Below, piece by piece: positions 38,101 to 48,740 of a stretch of DNA of 64,000 nucleotides. Position numbers and translations under genes: made by a program. Each line of letters begins with the position of its first letter. Within the stretch, counting starts at the first letter, position 1. Below the pieces are notes generated by a model that saw nothing but the letters and a program-made list of their open reading frames with translations, had not been told where the DNA came from and did not search any database. Origin of the DNA: Enoplolaimus lenunculus (lineage: Eukaryota); contig JASANG010003696.1 in the NCBI GenBank assembly GCA_030248215.1, positions 124,001-188,000 on the forward strand, written 5' to 3'.

Positions 38101-41100
38101 CAGTTGGTACCACAACAACCCTGCTTTCTTCATTTTTCTGGAACGTAATCCTACTTGCAATATCCTGGCTACGCCCATGGATATAAACGCTAGTCGCCCC
38201 TCCCCCAAACTCACCTTAATCACAGGCGTTTGACTAAATAACACAAATACTCCTGTAACACAAGCAGTCATCACAATCCCGCATCCGGCAAAAGTTGTTA
38301 TTCCCAAAACAAACGGATTATCGTAAAAGATATATTTAATCGGAACGCGTTCGCAAGACGTTTTATTCGCTGAAGCAACGTGAAAATCAGGACAACGACG
38401 GCAAACACCATCACTACCGATATGTGGATCTTGTTGAAATCGTCGAACATTAAAATACCGAGTCCTTCCACCATTTCTGCGAGAAACACCGTCATCTGAC
38501 CGCCCAGCACGTCTACGAAATCTAGGCGAATTTCGACCAATCACCGCATTTCGTTGGAGTAACGCGTGAATTTGATTGGCTTGAATCAAGGTTGATGCTG
38601 GATGCTGACTGGCTGCAGTTAAATCAGCGTACCAATTGTGGCTAACGCTAAATTGATTTCGTTGATTTTGATTGGTTATTTTTGATTGCGAAAATAACCA
38701 TTTCTTGGTTGATTCGTCAATTTCATTAACGTCTCGAATTTGATGCGTTAACTGCGATTCTGAAAATAACCAACGCTTCGTTGATTGGTCACCTTCATTT
38801 TGATTGGCTGACCTCGACGCCACGTTTAGCCAGCTCTCATTCCAATGGCTAATTTCATTCACGGACGTATCTCGTAAATGACGAATTCGATATTTAGTCG
38901 CAGCTCGGTGTCTGCCTCCACGCGGACGCGAATTAAAATAGCTCTGTGGTTCAAATTCGAACGCAGGGATGTCGGACGTATCAACGTAGTGCAAAAATCG
39001 ACACGGAACACATTTCCAACAACATTTAAGCCGTCGATCATTGTAACTGCGCACTTCGCCCGCTGCGCATGGAATGCCACATTGAGATTCAGGAACTGTG
39101 GTCACCAGCTCGACGGGGCCACTGCTGAAACCTGTGCTGTTGTGAACTGGCTGCCAATGTTTCGATGCTCTTCGTAGATCCGGTTTGAAATAAATTGATC
39201 CGTTTGGAAAAAATACCGGCGGATTGACGGATGTTGAATCGATTTCGCATGAAAAACAAATAATGTACCATAAATATTGGTAGAGATCGAACATGACTAA
39301 TAAATGTTCTTTTGAGTTTAGAGCAGTATATGAATATTACTGGTATAGGTAGAGGCAGAGGGGGGCTTAAGCACCCCCGTTTTGTGATTTTTGGCAGCTG
39401 CGCTCAGGAATCCTTTCAGTTGGAAAGACAAGAAATTTTTCCTTCAAAGATTTTAAAAACAAACCGGTACCCCGTTTTCAGATTGCTTGCTACACCCCCG
39501 TAATATTTTACTGTCCCCTCCACAAGGGAAAACTTTCCCTATAGAAACATTTTCTTTCATTGGGTTCTCAGGGGGTTGCCGCCGCCCTTAAACCAACCAA
39601 ACGGTCAAGATACCCTGAACAGGATGGGAGATATCGCACCCCAAATCCCCACACGAAAGCGCATTCAGTATTAAACAGCTAAATTTCAAATAAAACAACT
39701 TTAATACTGTGGTCTTCGTGGTTTATTATACGCTTAGCGTAGGGGGCCTTTGACGGCTTCTCCCACCCTGGTCACGGACCGTTGAAATTGCGGGGGTTCA
39801 AGACAACGGGAATCCACTGATTGGACAGAACAAAGGGAGCCAATCAAATTAATCTGTGTCCGCACTAATCAGTGCAGAGATGTTCTGTTACAAAACATTT
39901 TTGAAAAGTTGCTCCCCACATTTCAGTTTAAGTGTGGGGGGAAGTAAAAAAAATGGTGCCTACACCCTTGCATACAGGGTGCCAATATATGGGAAATTTT
40001 GTTTCGTTGCAAGGGACGAATGTAGATATTAAACGAGAAGTGCCAGCAAATCATATGCTTTTAAAGCCGGTTGCTTTTCCTCGCTATGTTTTACTTTAAC
40101 TTTTCAATCTATTGCTTGGTTAAAGTTCGGGCTTGGGTTTAGGTTCGTACATAAATTTAAAGCTGGCAATTTCAATTAATAGGTATTCTTCGATTCCTAA
40201 TATATCAAGTGGCATTTGTCACAAGATGTTTTGGCCAATGAGATTAATCGCAGCAACTGCTATGGCCAATGGGATTATTCGCTGTAACTGTTATGGCCAA
40301 TGGGATTATCCGCTGTAACTGTTATAGCCAATGGAATTATTCGCTGTAACTGTTATGGCCAATGGGATTATCCGCTGTAACTGTTATGGCCAATGTGATT
40401 ATTCGCTGTAACTGTTATGGCCAATGGTATTATTCGCTCTAACTGTAATAACCAATGGCACTATTCGCTTCAATGGGATTATTCGCTGTAACTGTTATGG
40501 CCAATGGGATTATTCGCTCAAACTGTAATATCCAATGGCATTATTCGCTTCAATGGGATTATTCGCTGTAACTGTTATATGGCCAATGGGATTATTCGCT
40601 GCAACTGTTAATGTTTTCAAGTTCGTGTCCAAAATGCTGTCTACTAAACGTTAATTTTTTCCTACTATTTTAATTTTCACCTACCAAATAAACAAATAAA
40701 TAAAATAAAATAAATAAGTAAATAAAATAAATAAATAATATATATAAATAAATGAAATAAAATAAATAAATGAATAAATATATACTTGAAATTTGTCCAA
40801 CTTCAATCCAGCTCATCGCGCCGTCTGGGTACCGCTTGAAATTCATAATGCTGTACAACGGCTCGCCGCTTTTCTCGTTATAAAATTCAAATCGATTTTC
40901 GTCTTCAGCTAAAATTTACCCATTTACCGTCTAAAATCACGCGTGTCAATCTTTTGCTTCTATACTCAAACGGCTACGCGGTTATGCGTGGTCCACAGTA
41001 TCTCGTGTACACCGTGTAGAAAAATGCATTGGCAATTGACGACGATTTATACTAATTCAAAGACGGCAAATAGCGCCGGCATTTTAATTTCACATTTTTA

Positions 41101-44100
41101 AAAATAGTGAAATAAAATTAGACAACGAATTCTTGGTGCTTGAAATTTATTGGGCACTCATTTCTTGTGGACATTTCATACTGCATATACGCGTAACAAT
41201 TGTTCAAAGATAGCGCATTCTTTGCAAAATTTTCGTGCACAGTTTGCGTTAAGTTGCTCAGAGTATACTCTACGGCAGAAACGGGTTCATCTTTGAATTT
41301 CTGCGAAAACAGAACACCGAAAATCCAAAAAGAGACAACCCAAACAGAACAATCTGTGTTAGAACTATCAGAACTCGTAATTCTGAGTTGATATGACTCA
41401 TTCTGATTTAATCAATCAACTTTTCCGAACTCAAATCAACTCAGGGCGGGTATAAATTTAACTCAAAATGAGTTAAAGTTTGCTGTTATTAACTCACAAA
41501 TAACTAATTTTCCGTCTGAGTTGATTAATTAACTCATTGAATAAACTCAACATTACAAAATTACATATTAGTTGATAAAATAGTGAATTAATTTACTTTC
41601 AAATTTCGCTTGTTCTATAAACGGAATCAGTGCGTTCGGCTGTTGCAACGCTGTCCACATCTGCGCGCATATACCGTCGACACGTACTGCAGAATCAGCA
41701 ATTTTGCAATACGTTGCATGCATATCGCGTACTGCATACGCGTATACAAGTACAGCGTTACGTGTGAAATGTGCAAAACCAAACTCTGTCAGCAATTTGT
41801 ACGTTTCACGAAATTGAAATGCGTCATTGTGCGCAATTTGATTTTGAGTCAAAAACGATTCGAACCAAGGGTTCTCGCGTTGCAGAGTTGATTTAAGCGT
41901 TGCGAATTCATCCAAAGGACCCGAGGCCGGATCGAGAAGGCCAAGAAAGTAGCGTTCGAAGTCAGGCATTGACCGGTACACAGGATGGGTTGTCAGCGAT
42001 CCGGCAGCAACATCCTCAACGTCCTGAAAAAAATAACAAATCCTCAATCATCCGGTCTGCGGCTTAAGTGTGACGGATCCAAAGGGGGGGTGCCACCGGG
42101 CTAAGACCTGCCTAACAGGGATCAAAACCAAGATTTTGTATTTCGGTTTCGAGTTCGGCTAATATAATATTACAGTTCATGCCCGAAGCAGCCTAAACTA
42201 CAACCTCAACAAAATCAGCCAATATAAAATTAATATGAAGGGTTTTTGCCAAACATTATAAACCCAAATAACCAATTAATATAAGCAACAGTGGATGATG
42301 CATACTTCAACAAGAGTATGCAACTGGGTATTCTGTGTAGGAATGAATGTATCCGGCGCGCGTTGCACTTTACTCTTACCTCCCCCACAGATTAAGGGAA
42401 TGTTGATACCTTGAAAACAGACAAATACTTCGGCGATACACAGTGTCGACCTTTGTCTGTTGATATTCTTGATTCAACTTTAGCTGTGTTCTGTATGCAA
42501 TTTACCCCCCTTAAATAAAGGGAATATGGTCAAATCGCAACGTGGGTGTGGTTCTTTTTATGCCAAGCGTATTTCCTAAAGTAGCACACTCTTGTCCAAA
42601 TGGTCATCATCGAATCTTGATATAAACAATCAATTTATTAAAAATATTTATTTGTATTTTTCGAACTTATGATTTTAAGAAGAAAAAACAACTTTTTAGA
42701 AAAACTTACTTTTGGAACGAGTCTACTCCCCCAACCGTCAGTACCGACCCAGACAAACCGATTTGACAAACCTTTGCGTTTGACGTTTCGAAACAATGGG
42801 TGAACAGTGTTCCAAGTTGCAATTAGTACCACAACTGCAATAAATATTGCATCAGCTGATTACGGTTGTATTGACCTGAGACGACCAATCTATAGCGGTC
42901 AGTGTTTCAAAAAGAATTACGTTTCCGACTGAAATTCCGGCAAAATTTATATTCCGGTTCCAAGTCAGACTTAGGATTTTTTCGCAACTGCATCAACTAT
43001 CTTCCCATTTTGAGTTGAACGGCTACTTGGCAACACTTATTCTGTGTTTCTTGTATGAAAGAAATGATACATTGTCCTACATATCATTTCAGGTCTTTAC
43101 GCTTGTGCTTAAAGTTATTTCTGACAAACAAAACAATTAATAATGTTTTTGAATTTTTCACCAACCAATCAAATAACAATAAAACCTAAAACTATATTAA
43201 TTCCGATTCCGATTCGAGTTTAGACAAAATCTTTGAGTTCCGACTTCAATTTCGAATCCGATTAATTTTCATTCCAGGTTGAACCCTGTTAGCAGTACAT
43301 ATCAACACAAAATGTGCATATCGGATGAACAATTTACATCACAAAATTCTAGGACGAAATGGTTGCCAAGCAGGGTTTAACCAAATTTCCGTTTCAGGTA
43401 AAAATTGGTATTTGTTTCCGTTCCTGTTGTAGAAATACCGGAAATTGCGTTATTTTTGCGATCAAAATTAGTTAATAAAAATTACGAAATTCATCCAAAT
43501 TCTTAAAAATTTTACTGCATCTGCCATTTTTTCTTTGAAATTTTACAACGCATGCATGTCTCAATTGTGTTGGCAGAATAATAAAACATCTTTTTTATAC
43601 TTCAATATCTGTTTTTTGTATTCGTTATTTCTACCACTATCCGTTTCCGTTATTTTCACTATCCGTTTGTTCCCTGCTGCTAACAGAAAGCATTCACAGT
43701 CTTCCTGGTTCAGCCACACAATGTGCACCTGTTACTGTTGCATTTACCTCTCGCTTTGCTATACGAATCCATTTCTGTAAGCATTGCACTCAAAGACTCG
43801 TTTGTATATGTTATTGGATCCAGTATGCGTGCATCTGCGAAACAAATTCCACTCGCGTGCGCAAGCCTTCGAAAGCGATTAAACCCGCTTCGACCATATT
43901 TTGATTCTTCGTACAGAACAATTACAAAATTCCAATCGAAATGTCTAAAATATTACGAAATTAATTTCAAAACTTAAAAGTAATCCTGAATCAAAATCCT
44001 AATTCTTGTCTATTCCTGCACACAAAACTTTTTTTGCACAGTTGAACACTCTAACTTTCCAAAATTCAGACAATATTTCTTGACTATAAGACAATTTATT

Positions 44101-46346
44101 TTATGTGTTGCCTAGTGTGGAAACCAGACACCAGTAACTAAACTGGGTCCATATGGCTAAATATTGGTTCATTTTTGATCCGTATTTCTTCAGCAACATT
44201 TTTACAAAGCTGAGAAAAAATTCAAAAATTAAAGCTCAAATTTGAAGCAAAGGCCCGTATTCTCCAATGTGTGCAGCATCTATCACCAGTCGGTGATAGG
44301 TTTTGTACCTTTTAAAACCAATGAATGCTGAGGCTGAAAATTCGCCACATTTGTCACACATGATTTGCTGTATTCCAGAATCGATTTTCAGTTCAACAAC
44401 GGCTAAATAGTGAGTCAGTTTGAAAACCGATTACTAAACTGATGATAGTTGCTATACACATTTGAGAATATTGGCCAATGACTTACCTAATAATTTGAAC
44501 AAGACATTCAATTTGATATCGATCAGAAGGTACAGTACGAAAAAAATACGGATACAACGACGAACGGCTGAGTGATTCGGTTGTTGCGCCGTAACTTACC
44601 TGAAACCCTATAGAAATAGTGAAATTCAATTGTACATTGTAAATGATTTCGAGGACCCAGCTTACGTTGAATTAATCATAGAATAAATATTTAAAACCTT
44701 AAATATTTTAGCTCGTGTTCGTAGACAAGGGAGGGGGGCAGGTGGACTGAGACCCTCTTCAATAATTTTGTCCCCTGTAAAATTTTAACCGTGCTTGTAA
44801 ATCAACGAAAACCGTTGTATGCCTTGCTGAAAAAGTTTACGCCCTTCAGGTGAGCTGGCTACGGACCTGGCACCAGCTTGTACCTGAGGCATTCCAAATG
44901 AGCTCAAAATATTGGCGACACGAATCGAAGCGGCGCTCGTCATTGGTCCAACAACACCAACAATCGCTCGCTTTCCGCCTTCGTTGTTGTTGTTGTCACT
45001 TGGATCAACAATACGAAGTTTGGAGTTGACGATATCAGCTAAATGCTTTGTCGACGGGTGGTGTTGCGCTTGCGACGATGTAAAGTCACCGTTGGTGGCG
45101 TCAGCTTCACTGGGGGTCGGCAAAAGTTTGTTCAGTAGCACCAGAGTGACAGCCTAAAAGCAACTACAGACAAGACTGATAAAGACACAAACATGAGTGT
45201 ATTTATTCACACAGGTTTAAATGACCATTGACAGGTCCAAGCGGGCCCATCAAGACCTAGGCCTACGACAGCATACAGGGATCAAAACCCTGCACTATAA
45301 ATTCTAATGAGTTGATTAATCAACTCAGAGAGAAATAGTTATTTTTAGTTAGTCCTGAGTTGATAATAGTGAATATTAACTCACTCTAAGCTGATTTAAT
45401 TCCGGGTAAATTGATTAATCAACTCCGACTGAGTTCAAACAATTCAGAATTCCGAGCTCTGAAACACGTAATTCAGAGCTCAGATTTCTGAGTGAATTCC
45501 AGTCATTCTGAATTAAAATCAACTCACTGGAATTTACAGTGATGTACTTAGATTTAGCACTCAAATGTGTTCAGACGTTTATACTAAACAACTGAATATG
45601 CAGGCATACAGCGGCGGCTTGAACTAGCGACCGTCTAACAGTTTTAACGCTCTTCGAATGCGACACGCCACCCGAATCTCCAACTGCTTCTATCGTCGAC
45701 CATATGTCGACCATATGCTGCCAGCTAGCATACATACAGCGCCCTGTATTATATTGCATGTACACATAACGGATAAGCATGTCTCACATGCATACATGCT
45801 CGATTACAAAAAAACTATCTTACTGGGGGCTACGCTCGGGCCCGCAGCCAACTGGGGTCCAGGGGTGTCTCAACCTCCCCTGGAAAAATTTGGCCCCCCT
45901 AGAAAATTTTCAATTTTGCTTACAATTCATTAAAAACCCTTGAATTGTCATCCTCAATCCTGAAAAATTTTTAGCCCCCCCCCCAGCAAGGTGAGCTGGC
46001 TACGGGCCTGGCTCCGCTTACTGCGACTTGCCTGAAGGGTCGAAAACTTTTCCGATTCGCACGTATCGAGAACGACCGCTCCCATTCGAAAGCCAGGCAG
46101 CAAGCCTTTGCCGTTGACCTCTTGATCAAGAGTATACCGTATGGTCTCCAGTATTAACACTCCGTCAGTCATTACATGCTTTGAACAAGACCCGGAAGTA
46201 AAATTATACTCGTGCATTGGAACTAAAACTCCAAGAGTTAAATCTCCGTCAATTGAAACATAACTCGCACCCCCCGTTCGACATAAACATAGAAACGCAA
46301 TACAGTATAATAATGTAAGCTCGTATATGGAACGTATGGCATGCAT
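34940..46346 (-). CDS. Metabotropic glutamate receptor-like class C GPCR; exons 46346-46032, 45153-44884, 44599-44487, 43944-43748, 42834-42710, 42023-41597, 40908-40786, 39296-38215, 37091-36432, 35878-34940; ~1416 aa (1458 aa if the in-frame ATG at 46472 is used)
   Basis: After a signal peptide come Venus-flytrap motifs DGDLTLGVLVPMHE, LLPGFRMGAVVLDTC, VGVVGPMTS, PQVSYGATT, YFFRTVPSD, FDWNFV, YGRSG, WVGTDGWG and NPWF. The cysteine-rich domain reads PESQCGIPC...CCWKCVPC. The 7TM region has TPVIKASGRELS, AAILTKTNRIARIF, FNETKYI and FLPKVYI. Intron phases are consistent; the exon 8 acceptor is the least certain. Confidence 0.92.
35107..35148 (-). repeat. (AAT)n coding microsatellite giving a poly-Asn run in the GPCR C-terminal tail
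   Basis: The (ATT)n run on the plus strand translates to a run of N in ORF 34940-35908. Confidence 0.9.
40232..40610 (+). repeat. ~31-bp minisatellite, about 12 units (GGCCAATGGGATTATTCGCTGTAACTGTTAT), in GPCR intron 7
   Basis: Directly visible tandem units, two of them truncated. Confidence 0.95.
42308..42596. mobile_element. TIR element, family I (ACAAGAGT...ACTCTTGT)
   Basis: Inverted termini; the shared 5' block GTGCAACTGGGTACATTCTGTGTAG also occurs at about 24199, 34138 and 57300-57370 (reverse). Confidence 0.6.
45837..46010. mobile_element. hAT-like MITE, family F (CNGGCCCGTAGCCA...TGGCTACGGGCCTG)
   Basis: Flanks GCTACGCT/GCTCCGCT; the copy at 59613-59776 has flanks ATGTCGCT/ATGTCGAT. 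Further copies or fragments lie at about 44712-44869, 52172-52338, 53115-53270, 57480-57610, 59116-59277 and 60879-61046. Confidence 0.8.
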
Positions 46347-47859
46347 GGAATGATCAGCAGTTCCCAAATTGTGGTGTACTGGTTCCGATAGCTGATTTTG
46401 GCGTCGGTTGCGTTCCGGATCGTGTGTACGGGCCCGTGTAGGCACTTGTCGCCCGGGGTTACATGAAAGCATGGTTTAGACGATGCTATTCAGATTTGAA
46501 ACGTTTAGCAAAAATGTGCGTTTTTCATGAAACAATAACAGCACATTGCTGAATAATAACGTATACTTTACCTAGTGCATCTGCAACAATAATCAAAATA
46601 CGGTTTTGTGTTTGACGTAAAATGTGCTAAATTTTAAGCCTCAATATTCACTGGTTCGAAAGATACAAGACTTATCAACAACTGGTTGATAGGTGCTGCA
46701 CACATCTGAGAATATGGGCGTTAGATGTAGATGCAGCACATTATTTTGAAATCACTTGGTCAATTATAGTTTTGAAAAATTTCGCAAATATCACTTAAAG
46801 TTAGGTTGTTTTTACAGATAAAAAACTTTGTCTATGGAACGTAAAAAACAAGCTTAGATTAGGTGGTGAAGTTTGAAATTGTTTTTTTTTTCAACCTTCA
46901 CCGATGCTTAACTAAACCACCGTTTGATATGAAAGAATTGTGCTTGAACAAGCTGGCTATTCAACCTCTGCTTTATGTTATACAAAACCCAAAATAAGCT
47001 AATTTAACTGCAACCCTCGTTAATTAAGAGGAGGACAATAAGATGGCGGTCTTCATTTTGAGTCCCAATCAATAGTAGTCCGTATCCCTTAACCAGAGTT
47101 CGCAAAGTCGATAGCCTCCATACGTTCTAATTCGAGTCCATAAAACAGATCAAAGTAGAAGAATGGCCTAAACTAGTTAAATATGTAAACAGACAATCAG
47201 ACAATCACCATAAACTTTATGGCCAATGGAAAAGAACAGGGGCGGAACAGTATTATAGGCATATTCCTAAACGTAAACCGTAAACCCTAAAGCCTAAACC
47301 TAAGCCAAGCAAAAAAATAAGTGTAAAGTTTAAGCTTACTTTTTTCTAGTTTCACACAAAAACGTTCCGCTCCTAATCTTTACATGGGTCACATTTTATG
47401 ATGGGTGTTGGCTCTGTCTAAAATCCGACGAATTAAAAATAAACAGTCCGTAACCGAATACCAGGGGTAGTATCCATTGGCATCTTAACGATATAGGCGA
47501 ACAGGAAACTGATAGAAAAACTATTCGTTTGCAACACCGAACCGGAGCTAAATATTTCAATGAGGCATAAACCAAACATTTTTAAGCTTCCACATCTGAA
47601 TCCTGGTTTTTGAAGGTAAAGCAAAAACAACAAAGTACACATGGGCGTCATTAATTTTACCTTGAATCGGTTTTTAAAGCAGACGCTGCCTTTTCTACTT
47701 ATAACTCAGCTACTGTATCAGTATATGCCTATCAGAGCGGCAGGTACGATGTGCTATAAAAATTTTGAAGAGGGGTTTCTTGTGTTTTACAACAGTAAAA
47801 GCTCATAATGCGACCGAACAAAAATCACAGAATGATTCAGTGACACTTGAACCAGCCTC

Positions 47860-48740
47860 ACGGCGTCCGGGGGTCGAAAGGTGGATGTTCGTCTGTTCGA
47901 CGTCTGTCCGTCCGAAAAGAATCTCGGGAACCGCTGAACCGATTTTGATAAACTTTTTTTGTTTGAAAGCCTCTTATCCAAGTGTGTTAACCTCACATTG
48001 GTGTTTTATAATTATAAACCGTTTATTGGCTACAGGCTAATTTGCATAATTTGTCAAGCCTAAATTAGGACTTTTTAAGATATTTCACTAATTATTAGGG
48101 ATATAGGCAATCTAATTTCAGCAAAAACGGGTTTTTAAGTGCGTGAAATCTAAATAACTTGTCTACAAACCTTTAAAACCGCTAATTTTATAGTTAGCTC
48201 ATAGCAAATTTGCACATTAGCATAATTGATAAGCCTAAATTAGGACTATTTGTTCACCATTTATTAGGGGTACACACAGTCTAATTTTAGGAATAAACGC
48301 TTTTGGGTGCGAGGAATCTGAATTAATTGTCTACAAACCTTCAGAAACGATAATTTAATAGTTAGCCAATAGCTAATTTGCATATTAGCATAATTGATTA
48401 TCCTACAATAAGGACTCTTTACAATACTTCACTATTTTTAGGCTTACAAGCAATCTAATTTCAACAATAAAGGGTTTTTAAGTACAAGGAATCTGAATCG
48501 TTTGCCTACAAACCCTCAAAGCCGACAATTTAATAGTTAGCTGATAGCTAATTTGCATATTAGCATATTTGATAAGCCTAGATTAGGGCTTTTTGCAATC
48601 TTGAGGATCTTTGGGTGCGAGGAACCTGAATAAATTGTTCACAAACCTCCAAAACCGATAAATGTATAGTTAGCTAATAACTAATTTGCATATTAGCTTA
48701 ATTGCTAAAGTGTGTTCGAGCTTCGCTCAATACATGTAGT
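47860..48740 (+). mobile_element. Helitron/Helentron-like non-autonomous element with an internal ~155-bp tandem array (about 4.5 units, 48030-48705)
   Basis: GTCTGTCCGTCCG block, AACCGATTTTGATAAA block and a 3' hairpin GTGTTCGAGCTTCGCTCAATAC followed by ATGTAG|T. The reverse copy at about 22330-22635 supplies a 5' end GAGCGAAGCGA plus hairpin. The superfamily assignment is inference. Confidence 0.55.

Noticed and set aside
40232..40610. CRISPR-like array of ~31-bp repeats
   Set aside because: Head-to-tail minisatellite without unique spacers.
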